DNA of 64,000 nucleotides, from NCBI GenBank assembly GCA_964304625.1, contig OZ199840.1, positions 2,024,532 to 2,088,531 of the forward strand, in the 5' to 3' direction. How positions within the stretch are numbered: the stretch's first letter is position 1; each line of letters begins with the position of its first letter. The position numbers and the translations under genes are program-made. Source of the stretch: Kudoa neothunni. Lineage: Eukaryota; Animalia; Cnidaria. Below are positions 43,315 through 56,874 of this stretch, in pieces. The notes under the pieces were generated by a model. That model had not been told where the DNA came from, did not search any database, and saw only the letters and a program-made list of their open reading frames with translations.

Positions 43315-46300
43315 TCATTCCATAATTTCAATCAAAGTATCTAAGAACTTTGCTCGTTCAGTAGTCGGAATTTGGATGACTAAATGTTAAAATATTTACA
43401 TATTTGCGAAAACACCTAAATGATACTATTTGTTTTGAAATATGGCGCCAGCACTTGAAGACCTAAATGTTCAAGTGTTTTTTTGAAATATTCTCCAAGC
43501 TGGTTATTGGTGGTACAGGCTTCGTTGACAGCTGGCACACCAATAATAGTGGAGACATGTGGATCGTCGCTTTGTAGACAGAGAATTAACGGCATGCTTA
43601 GCGCCTTTCGATTTTTAGTCTACAATTAATCAACCTGATAGATTTACGCCCAACTAAAAACAAACATCCTACCAATGAAACATGTGCATTGAGGAGATAT
43701 TTTGCAAAAAAATCTAACACAGGTCCAACACTTTTGGTGACATGCGTGTGAAATCCCTAAAATTTGGCAATTACACCAGCCAGCATAAATAACGTCAATC
43801 CACGCATTGTGATGAGACCCACCTCAGGTATAACACCAAGATGAAAAGGTCCAGCAGAAATAACATAATGAAGATCGATAAAAGATTGAATTTGGTTGCA
43901 TATATGTTTGATCTAAGTGGAGATTCAATCAAAAATTAAGTCACTAATGACTATTACAGCAAATTTGGTATCTTCTAAAACACCGCCAATAATATCAATG
44001 GAAGAACTAATTGGAAGATCAAGTACACATGTAAAACAGCCAATTCAATTTAACAAATACCGATCCAGTATTTGTAAAGCCGATAGGTATTGACTGCTCA
44101 TATCATTAACAACATCAACATTCTATGAGAAAATCATAAAATTGAGTCTGAAAATAATAGCCGTATTTCTGGCATGTAAAATTTGTATATTATTAATACA
44201 TCTTTACAAAAGTCCAAACAGGTCATCACACAAAAAACAATATCTAAGGCTGAAATCTCTAGTTGGTAACCATAGTTCACCACGAATGAGGGTATGGTAA
44301 GATTTTTAATCCTAAACGGATAAGAATAGAGGGGTTGGATTTTATTTAATTATGGAGACGCGCACTCACCTAAATCTGTCAGAGTTCCTTTCAAGCATAT
44401 CTGTCAAGGTGTTTTTGTAAGTGACCGACATGAGTTGATATTTCTGTTGGCATTGCTTAATTGGCAATCTACATGGGTGTAATTGATGAAATAGGAAATT
44501 AAATATCACCCCACATGAGCCAAATATTCCATTAGTTTCTTCCTACCTTTGACTGTCCATATTTTGAAACTTTAACGTAAAGTAAAAAAATATATGAAAT
44601 AATTTAACAATAATTAAAACCACCTGCAAGATGTTGACAAAGATTTCAACATGCTCTCCAACAGCGACCAATGTCTGTAGAGAAAAAGATTCAACCTTGA
44701 GATATATTATAATTAATCATTGTGAGTGTGCGTTAGTCAATACTCATTCTTGTAGCTTATGCTCATTTTGTAACTGTCAATGTGAGTTCGATCGTGTCGA
44801 TCGTTCATACTGATTCTAAGGAGATGTTGTTGTAGATATGTAACTAAGCTAATGTAGTTTTCACTAGAAAGAAATTATTAAGCTTCTTCACATGAGTGAC
44901 TAATGAATGAGTAGATTTATAAATACGTCTTTAGCTGAAATAACTGAAATATGAAATAAAAATTGATAATATAATTTTAGTTGGAAATCCTCTCAATCTA
45001 TTCTATTATTTTGGAAAAATTAAATAACAAAAAATAATTAAAGTCTATCTAGTGTCCAAAAGACATGATTTTGAGTGCAATTATATATGTCTTAATAATT
45101 AGTCATCTATGATTATATTTTGTCGGATTAGGTTTTTTAAGAAATTTAAATTCGTAATATTTTCGTTATAAACGTATTATTTTAAAATGAGGATAATAAA
45201 AAAATGTCAGATATATCCAAAATTTGTTGACTTTGAACGAGTAATCGATCAAACTTGTGGATACAAACAAGGCTCTTATATTGGGAAATAAATATTTTAT
45301 CGTAAAGTAATAAAAAAAATTTTAAACCGATATTTTAAATTTTTAATCCTAAATAGAAAACACGTTTGTGTGAGGCTCATTTTTAATCGCAGTAACTCTT
45401 ATTTAGAGTTGAGTTTTTAAGTTGATTTTAAATAACCTGCTGTATTTAATTATTAACCACCCTCAAAATTACACTCACCTAGATATTATGATGTGTTGCA
45501 AGCAACATTTCTACTTTAGAAAGAATGATAAGAAGGCAATTAACTAGTTAGGAGCGATATTTTACGAAGCTCACTCAAGCGTAATGGGTTAGATTACCAA
45601 AATAAATTTGTCACCGACTTACGCATATCTCAAAAATATACAAATAAATAATTAATTTAATTCAATATTGTATTAAATGAAATTTGAAATAATACATACA
45701 ATTTAAATTAATGACTTAGAACATTATTTTCTCGCATAATTTGAGTAAAAACACATTAGACAAAATAAGATTAATAAACAAGCATCACGAACGCTACATT
45801 CAATTTAACTAAGACGAGTTAGATCGTCGTAAAATCTCGAGATAATTTGAGAGTTATTTAAATAATAATCAATTACCGTGACAATTTATCGCTAAAAAAA
45901 TTATAAGTAATCCCACATATTGTGCACCTAAACAATGTGATTAATAAAGTAATTATCAGTGTATATAATAAGTAATTATTGGACACAAACAATTATCCCA
46001 CATAAATTTCAACTACCATAAAATATCAAGATTATCTTTTCGTAACTTTACCACCAACTCAAACAAAATTTTACAACTCTACATCAAACATCCCGCATCA
46101 TCATAACCGCTGTCAATGTGACAATCCATATACCGGAACGGTGTGTCTGCATCCATCCATGTATTGATATTGTGAGGATTGCCTAGCAACATAATCCTCA
46201 TTGTTGCTATCGGCCACCATCTCATTATCATCTGAATTTGCCAACAAATAGTCCCGAATGTGTTCTTCACTAGGTATTCTACTTAGATCTTCTTCTCGAT

Positions 46301-46867
46301 CGATCACCACATTGACCAACTGTTTATCGTATAAGTTTCTAATATTCCATGGTTGATACCTGGCGGAGAAGAATAAAAAGAATTTAGGGATGTATGCGAA
46401 GATAGATGGAATTACGAATCCAGTATATAAATTTGGCAGTCGGTTTCCGGTTGATAATATTTTGACAGGTTAACATTGCCGCCACAATTAACACAAACTA
46501 TGTTATTACACTATTCCAGATAATCACCCAAAAGATAATAAATAAAGCTCTCATTACAATAGTCAGATTTTCTCTTATTGTGTTCTCAAATTGGTTTCGA
46601 TTGTGCACACATTTTAGAGTGTAAGAAATATTCTCCATTTTAAAAAGGTTCTAAATCCCCTATTTACAAAATGCGGAGAAAAAATAGCTAACTAACCAAT
46701 AAGATTTTCGTTGAACACACTGCATCAACATCAACAGAGCATAATACTAAAACGTTGTTCTAAAAAACAGTTAAATAACTGAAATATGAATTAACGATAG
46801 AAGCTTGAGATGCTACCTTGGTTCGAATTGGCTTGTAAAAATCTTCTAATAGGTCGTAAACCAACAT
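43315..46867 (-). CDS. CDC45: DNA replication factor CDC45, ~16-17 short exons (boundaries between 44.8 and 45.9 kb uncertain)
   Basis: Exons encode MLVYDLLEDFY, VLVLCSVDVDAVCSTKIL, ISYTLKCV, VNCGGNVNL, LFELVVKLRKDNLDILW, LFLYRHWSLLESM, FKIWTVKGRKKLMEYLAHVGLP, VISAGPF, TKNRKALSMPLIL, ERAKFLDTLI, colinear with CDC45. Mostly missed by the ORF track. Confidence 0.95.
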
Positions 46868-48174
46868 TAAACTGTGTCACTTCCCAGATAATAATAAAGA
46901 TTCAACGCACACAGCCAACGTGCCGCTCGTAATCAATCGGATCCCGCCAAATCACATACCCAGTCATATGCTTGTCATATGTTTTTTAATCCTCCTACCA
47001 GTTTAAGCATATCTTGAAACTAATATATAGCCAATTAGAAGTTGAGTGGTAATTCAAACCTAAATCTTAGGGTTAATTCTATCATTAATTAACTAGACAA
47101 TTAATACTGCTGTAAGCAACCAATTTCACGCATTTTTGAAAACCCTATCTAATTAGAATATTGGTTGGTTATTGCTTATATAATATGTTTCTTGTAATAT
47201 TTCTATCAAAATTTGTAGAAAAATTATTTTATAAAGCTGCCAAATAATGTAACTGGAAGTCACGTGATCACACGAGTTGACGTACTTCCCCTTGGTCCCG
47301 GGGGAAATGCGTGAAATTGGTTCCTCATCGTATTTGTGAAACATATTATTTTACATATTAATTATTTAATGCGTTCGTTTTTTTTAAAATTCGATCTAGA
47401 ATTTAAAATAAGTAGGCTGTCGAAATATTTAGATAATGTAAAAATATTACGTAAACTAATCCCTAATTGACTAATATGGGCCCCATTGAATGATACATCT
47501 TAATCTCTCGCATTTCGATTATGTTTTCATTTACAGTTAAATGAAACCCCAAGTTTATGTTTATTTGTTATCCTCACTAAAATCTGTTGATAGTTGTGAT
47601 CACAAAAATGTATAAATTCGGTCAGTTTGATGATTGATTTTTTTATAAAGTAGAACTTCTGGCGCAACTTATTAGGTTGTGGAATTTTGATTGGTCAGAC
47701 CTTTTCCATTAACGCTGTAAGCAGCGCAGGACGTAACATGAAACTCCGTCCCTTATCCTTATGCAGTATTATGCGGTATTATGCGGTATTATGCAGAAGT
47801 GTGGGATTTAACACATTAAACACCCTCATCTCAAGGCGACCACCACCTCACCCTATCCCTTTAAGCACGTTGGCTCTCTGAGGCCTACAAATTACTTGCC
47901 TTTCGATGGGTTCCGGAGACTTCAACTCCTATTCACGCGAATTTGGCTGCTGGTGCATCCCACCTTACAGCGAGCGTACATTTTAACCGCAGCTTCCGGA
48001 TCAGATTTGATATCCGCACCCAATATAATTCTATAACATTATCGAGATTAACGGCTGAGCTATTCGTTTGTTTACCACAGCTAACACTAACACCGCACCA
48101 TCAGGATTACCGTCACCCAAACACGATATATAAGGATTAAGTCGCTATTTACAAACTACAACAACAACACAATA

Positions 48175-49037
48175 ATGATTGCACCAAGAAAGGCATTCAA
48201 TAAAATTTTCAGTGAAGAGGAAAATTCCATCAATTATATGATTGAACGGGGCATTCTTGAAGAGCCTACTAATTGCAGTAAAAATGGCGGAATCAGATTT
48301 TCGATTCACAGAAAAAATTGGCGCTGTTGTGCAAAGTCTTGCAGGAAAGAAGTCTCCATTTTTGACTTTAAAATCTTCAAAAATATGAAACTTAAAGTTA
48401 ATGATTTCATGGAGATGGCTTATTATTGGTTAGTGAGTGTAAAAATTCTTAACTAGACCATTATAACTGGTCACTCTTCTCAAACTATCACAAACTATTC
48501 GCATTACCTTAGACAAATGGTGGTCGACAGTTTAAGATTCGAGAACATCATAATTAGAGGAGAAAACACAATCGTAGAAATTGATGAGTCGAAGTTTGGT
48601 AAAAGAAAGCACAACAAAGGCCATGGTGTTAATGAAGCATGGGTTCTTGGAGGTGTCGAAAGAACACTAGAAAGAAGAATGTTTCTTGTGGAAGTCCCTG
48701 ATAGAACTACTGAAACTCTAATTAAAAAATAAGAACCTACGTTAAACCAAGCTCCATAACCATCACGGACTGTTCCAAAAGCTACGCCACACTTCATAAT
48801 GTCTACATTCACCTCATTGTTAACCACAGTATAGAATATATGAATAGTGTTTCGGGAGCTCACACCAACACTACCGTGGGCATTTGGGGTGCCATAAAAT
48901 ACCGAATATCTCCAAGAAATAGAACATCATCAGTTAACGAAGTTGGAATAGATCGTGTGGACGGCATTAATAAATTTCTTGGTGAATTCCAATGGAGAAG
49001 AATAAATCAACCTGACTTATGGAGTGGTTTTGTATAA
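48175..49037 (+). mobile_element. Merlin (IS1016/ISXO2-like) transposase, interrupted
   Basis: Zn-ribbon remnant (WRCCAKSCRKEVSI), VEIDESKFGKRKHNKG, WVLGGVER, TIITDC, VNHS, GAHTNTTVGIW, LGEFQWRR; internal stops and frameshift. Confidence 0.92.
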
Positions 49038-49059
49038 AATTTGTTTTTAAAATAAATAT

Positions 49060-49227
49060 AAGCAATATTTTATTGAGGGTTAGGGGGCTTAGACCAAATT
49101 TCAGACCAGCACCGAAATATGGGATAGAGACCCACTGACATGGAAGCAATAACCTGATCACCGGCGGATTCGAACTCATTATTACACGGTTCTGAGCCCG
49201 AGAGTCACACCGATGTGCTATCTATCC
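49060..49227 (-). mobile_element. tRNA-derived SINE-like element
   Basis: Minus strand GGATAGA-TAGCACATCGG (A box) ... GAGTTCGAATCC (B box) at tRNA spacing, an unpaired acceptor stem, then a ~90-nt body and an AT-rich tail. Confidence 0.55.
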
Positions 49228-50920
49228 TCGGTTAGTATAATGTGATAATTGAGGTTATGAAAACGGATTACCGAAATTCTACTTTCATTTTCTTGTTTTA
49301 TTCTAAATGCCTTTATTTGGATTTATTATTTTTAATATTTTTCTCCTAATTGTATTACTTGAATAGAAAAAATAATAATATAGGTCAAAATTAAATTAGA
49401 ATAAATTATATATCTGAACAATTAAAAATATTTAAGTTAAAAAATATTCGAATTTTTGTAATAAGGCATATGAACATGAATAATAAAAATATAATTTAAA
49501 ACAATTAATTAATATTGAACTCAGCGGAAAAGGCCATGATTATTTTATCAAAAATATTGCAGAAAACTCGATATTGCGTAACTGTTTGGGACCAAAGAAA
49601 AGTCACGCAATACCAAGAAATTAAGCATTACCGAGACACACACATGTGTGATAAATACAAATAATTTTGTATGAAAATATTAGTTAATTCTACTGTTTTC
49701 CTCTCGTTTTTTTATTATTTGGTGTAAGAATTGTTGCTAAAGTTAACATACGCTCAATCAGCAGCAGAGTAATATTGCGTCACCACATTTAATCTATAAT
49801 ATATAGCTTGAGTGTTCAAACCCTACCAGCAACTATTCATTAATTTATAATGCTTGAATATTTTGATTATATCTTCAGTACTTCTCTGAGAAGTTATTTT
49901 CGGTATTTATTCTAAAACATCTTGAGTATTAAAGGGATCAAATTCAGCAGTTTGAGTTACGCGATATCAAAAGCACTAATTTTTCCAATTTTTTACAACT
50001 TTTACTAAATTAAACCTTCAAAAATACATTTTTGTCTTCATACATTGTTATTTCAATCCTTATCAAGATAAAATTATCAAAAAAAATGTTAAAATATATC
50101 GAATTGTGCAGCATCAAGAGTTTATTTTATTTAAACATAAATTAGATTTTTTCCAACGAAATAATCTTCAATATGCATATACGAACAATGTAATTTAAAA
50201 ATTAGTTCAATTATATAAATAGAATAATACAAAATAACAAAATGCATGCAGACAATCCCATTAAATATCTTATTTCTTGTAGCTGGATAAAAGACTATTA
50301 GATTACAATGGTATTATGGTCGTCACTCCTATTCCCTCAGCGATTTTAAAATTATTCATTTTTAACGATTAATATATGAAATATACTAATGCAAAACATT
50401 ATTAATTAAAGTATGAAGGAAGTAAAACATCAAAATATTTGCAACATGATATTGATTATAATCATTTCATTACAACGAGAAAATGAAGTTATAGATATAT
50501 GTTTAACACAAATCCTACAAAAAATATGTAATCTGGGTATCAACTCTAAACCAATATTATTACACAATATAGGAAGATAACAACTAACCATTAAGAATTT
50601 GATGTCTTTATCTTATTTATTTTTAGGTGAATAATATTTTCGAGGGATTCATTAGTTAGTAAAATATAAATGTATATTACCTAAAAAAATTAATTCTCAC
50701 AATATTATTTAATAAAAATGATATAATAATTAAACATTTATATAATTTAATAGTTTAAAGAAAAAAACTACACAGAGACTAGCCATATTAAATTTTATGG
50801 TCAATCTAAAGAGATTATTCAAAGTTGAAATCCGAAATAAAAATGAGAAAAAATAAATCTTGGTTTATTATTATTAATGGTACATTTAAGTATTTATTGA
50901 ATGATTATATTGAACTTTAG

Positions 50921-53900
50921 GTGTAATAACGTTGACAATACTTATGCAAAATGAGCTGGTTGAGACGATTCATATGAAATGTGAAATCTTAAGCGAATCA
51001 ACCCCTCCAATAATAAAATTAAAACTTGTTTCAAATAATTATGATAGCAACGGGATGTGTGAATTAGAACATTACAAAAGATTAGATAGGATGTACAATG
51101 TTAAGGCTGGTATTCAAAAGTATGAAGGATTAAGTAATGGACCGTTTAATTGTGGCGACGGTTTCAGCTTTAATTACAATAAAATATCACCAAAACTAGG
51201 TTATATCAAACTTACTATTAAATCATTGAACAAATACAAAAAAGACGAAAAATTTATACTTGGTCTCAATGCAGGTATATTTCACCCAAAACGGTTAAAC
51301 TAACTATAAATAATATCCAGAAATATTTGGTTATATTAATATTAAATTGAAACTTGATGGATCATCGTTAAAGTTCAATTTTGAAAGATGTCCTGCAATC
51401 TACTGTTTTCTCCTTTATGGCGACAATTCTGTGTTTTATGAAATCCATGCGGGTGAACTTGAATGCTCGAGAACTGGCCTGGTGAATGATAACAATTTAT
51501 TTCATTCCAAGGCCACGCATATTTTTGTGTTGTGCTCTCGAGCCCCCAATCATTATTTCTACCTCCCTAGTAAATATCAGCTGACGGCTTCCGATATTTA
51601 CAAACCGCAATACAGTGTGGTATCTGTGAATCGTGGAGGAGAACATAGATATCATTTGATGTTTACTAATGAACCTTTTGGTGATATATGCTATTTTGCA
51701 ATCAGGGAAGTGCCGACAGATGGAAGAGTTCGTGGTAATTATTCATCCAGCTGCAGTAGCGCTTCAGGAATGAACAAGTGCTTTGCTCCTTGCAGGGATA
51801 TTCAAATCACACTAAAAAAATTCATTTTTGTGGAAATATTGATAAAGACAAGATATCACACCTTCAATGATGATACTAGTGGCTATATCGATATTAAATA
51901 TGGTATTATATTTTGGTTTATTGCATTGTTACACCAATAAATAGTTCACGATAATTCTACGGCAGTTTCCAAAGGAATAATAACAGATATAACCACACTC
52001 AGTGCTGTTTTAAATGCCAAGTTATATGGATCGGTTCATTGTAGAGCGACAAAAACTTGTTGCACCGTTGGACAGTACCCTGCAGAATATACAATTGATT
52101 ATCAACACTTGGAAAACAATATAGATTTATCTCTGAAAAAATATGATTTATGTGACGATTTTATATATATGGAAGGATTGATGAGTGGAATTGCGTATAC
52201 AGTGTTTTTAAAAATCAACCTAAACAACAATATTAGTTATTACGAAAAGATATTCTTTAAAACAAGTATTTAATTATTGTTAATATGGATATCACACTGG
52301 ATTATATTCCGCAGAGGGTACACATAATATATCATCATATACGATAAAAGAAGATGGTAACAATACAACGACTATTTCATTGAAGTTTCCAGTTGAATCT
52401 GATCGTCGCTTTTGTGAATATTACACCAGCTTAATGGAAACCAAACTTTATGGAAGAACGAATTGTGATGATCACAATGTTTGTCGTAAACCCTGCGATG
52501 AGAATGTTACAATTAGGGATATATTACCCTTTGCTGATTACGATATAAAAGTCATCGTTGATTATCATTTCAATGAAAAACATATAAAATGTAAGTTGTT
52601 TTGTTTATATCTCACATCTATCTGGTATCTGTAAAGTTGAAGGTTCTCTCAGAATAATATCAAAAAGATTCGAAGAGGGGATTGAAGTAATTGGATATTT
52701 TGTTTTTTATGACGCAGAAAGTGTTTTGTGTCACTACAATATTTATGAGAATGATAATGGCGAATACAAATTAATTTATGGCTGCCCTGCTAATAGAAAT
52801 CCCATAAAACCAAAAAATAGTCATTTTAAATATTCCAGGTCATATGATAAAGAGCGAGGTGCATGTTCACATGTCCCAACCTGTGCTCGGTTTGATTTCG
52901 TTGAATATTACAAGAGCGACAAGCAATACCTTATTTGTGTGGAAGCACAACTACAAATAACCAAACCCAAATGTATTATGATTCCAAAAGGTAGGCCACA
53001 TAATATTAGTTGAAATCGAATTATTTATTATAACTAATGGAAGATAAATGTTAGTTTATTGTCCTTCAATTATAAACATAGTTTTATAGATACATCAAAG
53101 CAAGTAGTAAGTCAAATAGTTTTAAAAATATATTTTGGCGATCGATCTATTCATGTTATTGCTATTCTTCCGAACCAAATCCAAAAATTTAATAGTGAAG
53201 CAAAATGCGAATGGAGCCTAGAAAAAATCTTTCCTGATTATTCTGAGTTGGTTTATCAGTGTAGCGAGAACTTTACAAAACATTGCGTTGAGAAATCAAG
53301 ACCATGCGACTCTTTCACCATAAAAAATATTGGTGGTGCTCCTATGTATCGATTGACTGTTTACTATCAAAATGCCAGGGAAATAAGTGGAAGCCTTATA
53401 TTCAATTACAACCTAATAGAAATCAGTGTTATTAGGCGAGGCGAATTCCTGAATGTATATGCCACTCTACCGATAAGAATAGAAGATGACGGCGCTACAT
53501 GCTCTTGGATGTTATGGAATGTGTATAATGGAACATTAAAGTTTGCGAAAGAATGCTCTGCTAGAAAACCGAATGGTTGTGCTGACCGAATTACACTTTG
53601 TAGTAATTTTACCATTCAAAATAATTGGAGAATACATGCCTATAAGCTGGATGTATTTTATGATGTGGATAATGAAATCAGAGGAAGTACTACGATTAAT
53701 GTTAACCTGCTCGACCTGATCGTTAACCTTCACCATAACAAACTCAAGGTTATCGCTCATCTACCGGGCGAAATCATTGATGACAATCCCTTATGTTTTT
53801 GGAGGTTGTACAAAATTGAATCAAATGTTCAAAAAATTGAAAAAGAATGCTCAGAAGAAAAGAAAAAAGACTGCGATAAGCAATTGACATCATGTCACTC

Positions 53901-55346
53901 CTTCGTTATTGGCGGTATTGTTTCTAATCGTACCTACTTGTTGGAAGTGTACTACGCTTTCAACAGCACCATCCGCGGAACCGTTGTATTTGAAACAAGT
54001 AAAAACTATCTTGATATTTTTAAATTTTATATAAAATATAGCGGAAGACAAAATGTATAAAATTTCAGTTAATAAAAAGTAATCTTTATCAATTCTATTT
54101 TCCTCATTTTTATGTAAAGCAATTATATTGATTTAATATAATACATTGAAAATTTGATTATTTATAACCAGAGATTAACACTATGAATTGAACTTAATAT
54201 AAAAAAATATTATATAGAAATGTTAAGTTATTTATGAATAGAAATTCTTTGTTTGTCTCTCTCTTTTAATTTGTTTCCTGAAATAAGCACGTGTTACATA
54301 ATTTCCACCCAATAGAGAAACATTTATGAAACTTTGAAGTATATTAAATTTTATCTATTTATTATTAAAATTTCATGAGTTTTAAAAACCTTCAAAAAAT
54401 GGCAATTATAAATATTTTAAATTGTCAAAAGCATTATACGATATTGATAATAAGATTAGAACTCGTTTATTTCAGAGTGGTGAACAGTTGAAATTAACAT
54501 TCCCAATTATGTACTGAAATTATTTGTTAATTTAACTATATCATTTTTCTGTGTGGGGGAATGTATTTTTGTAGAAACAAGCGTATTGTTATATTGTAGG
54601 AGATTAAACCGAAAAATTAAAATTAATCGTCGTAAGTTTTCAATTAGTTATATCAATTTTAATTATTACGTGCTTTTTAAAAATGAATTTTAAACGAGTT
54701 TTTATTTCAATTCTTTTCTTTATGGGTTAAGAGATTTTTCAAAGTAGAATATGCCTAATCTCGGATGAATCTAGGAACTTCAAGCTAGTTTGGAAATCCG
54801 TAAGTATGTTAAATTATTCGACAAAATTAAATATTAATAATAATCTAAAACATAGGTTTGATATACTACCATTTTAAAATAGACTTAAAAACCTTTTTAT
54901 AGTCCTAAAGTAAATAATATTAATTAAATTGTTGATTATCGAATATAATAATTATTAAATTAATAATTTCGTAAAATTAAAGGGCAATTGTTTTAATTTT
55001 TTGAATCAAAAAATGTTTGAATATTTTTGTAAGAAATTTTAGATAACAAAATATTGATATTTCTGTATTGTAATTTAGATAATTATACAATGGATATCCT
55101 CTTTTAGTGGAAATTCATTTTATACAATTATTTTGACCAATACCTAATTTCGATGTATGAAATTATTCAAATATTATGAATTTTAGGACGATAATGATAT
55201 TTTTGGCTGTTTCGATACCGCTCATAGTGCTTGCGGTGGTTGGTTGGGTTTGTTATCGATTCATGAGCAAAACACGATATGATTTCGAACAAGCTGGCAT
55301 GCACGAAAATGAATTTGGTAATTTACTACTAAATCCACGTTCTTAA
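50921..55346 (+). CDS. Single-pass membrane protein with ~9 tandem cysteine-rich FN3-like domains; 5' end and some small 3' exons unresolved
   Basis: Exons 50921-51274, 51321-51902, 51945-52265, ~52315-52590, ~52652-52990, ~53044-53998 separated by phase-1 introns. FN3 signatures ITDITTLSAVL, EGLMSGIAYTVFL, TIRDILPFADYDIKV, IGGIVSNRTYLLEV. Last exon 55187-55346 has TM IMIFLAVSIPLIVLAVVGWVCY plus a short tail. Confidence 0.7.
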
Positions 55347-56874
55347 AACAATTATTTTGTTCATTTACTATTTTTTCATTTCTCCTATAACGGTGTTTTT
55401 ATATTGCAATTATTTTACATCTTGAAACACAAAATATAGGGATATTTAAAAAATAAACGAAATTAAAATGATTAAACTACACTTTATTTTCAATAATATA
55501 GAAAAGTTTTCAACTTAATATTTAAAAAAACTCCCTAGGTTAATCCTTTTTTGCTCGCATTTCGCGCATGCGCGTGGTATTTTGAAGTTTGGATTGAATT
55601 TTTTTCGACTGCAATAAGTTGATTTCAATAAATTATCAATAACAACCCATCTTAAATGTAAATTCATATTTTAACTTTGTTGATTTAATTGCCAAAGTAA
55701 CGTTAGCATTGGTTATTGAAACGGAACTCTTTAATCTAAAATCGATTATACGCATGCGCGTGTTCCAATTTTAATCCCGATAACCCATATTTATAGTTGA
55801 TATATAAAATTCATTCTTCAGAATATGATGTATTTAATTATTTTAAATTAGAATCTTATTATTATTTTTTTAATTCAATATTTATTCAGTAGTTTTCAAA
55901 AATAAAAATCAATCCTGAATTATCCAAAATTTTATTTAATAACATAATCAGTGACCAAAAATTAATTAAACTCTGATTATAATCCGTTACAAAATAACCA
56001 AGAACATTTTTTGTTTTTAATTATCGTTTCATAATAAGAATAATCTCTTAATAATTCATATAATAAACATTAGTCGAATTTTAAACAAACTTATTACGAT
56101 TGATCGTGTAATATATTTTACTCGGACTCAATGTGGTTTCAAATATGGTAAAATGTTTTATCGCATGTTCAAGTCATTCTAATTTCGTGGAATTACTAAA
56201 TATTTGTTTTCAATACTGCGGTGAATTTATAACGAATGTGTTTACGCATTTAAAATCTGAATATCTACGTGATTTTGTATACGAAATATTTTTAAATAGT
56301 AATTACAATCAATTAATCAATTGTGAAACCATTGAAGTCTTTCTCAATATTAAAATACGATGAAATAAACATCACAGAGGTGATCGGAGCTAATGATAAT
56401 GATAATAATAATATTAAATCGCCAGACAAATCAATAAACACTGATACAAAGTATATAACCGTATCTGGAAAAATATACTAAAATTACTTTCCATATTTTC
56501 CCATTTAATTTTATTATTCAAATTTTTTTCAAAAATTACTAAAAAGATATAAAAAGTAATTTAGATCACTAAGTAATCCTCGTATAGTTATTTATGTTCC
56601 CGAACAATTGTATACAATGCCGATTAATACGATTTGTTTGTGATGAGCTTAATTTATATTCGGTCGTTAACGCATCTCTTAGTTTAACTATTTCGAACTT
56701 ATATATTTTAGAAAATAGTAATAAAACCCTTGCCGATCTTAATTTTCAATATTGAAATACATTCTAAATACTCCTTTATATTTATCACCTAGGAGATTTG
56801 GGGCGAGTATATTCGATATAGATTATAGTGATAGATAGGCTGTGTGATTGTTGTGTTCGTGTAGGCACTTTAAA

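Noticed and set aside
55555-55770. GCGCATGCGC NRF1-like palindromes (also near 120 and 4230)
   Set aside because: Not positioned at evident promoters and one lies in a dispersed repeat; no support for function.
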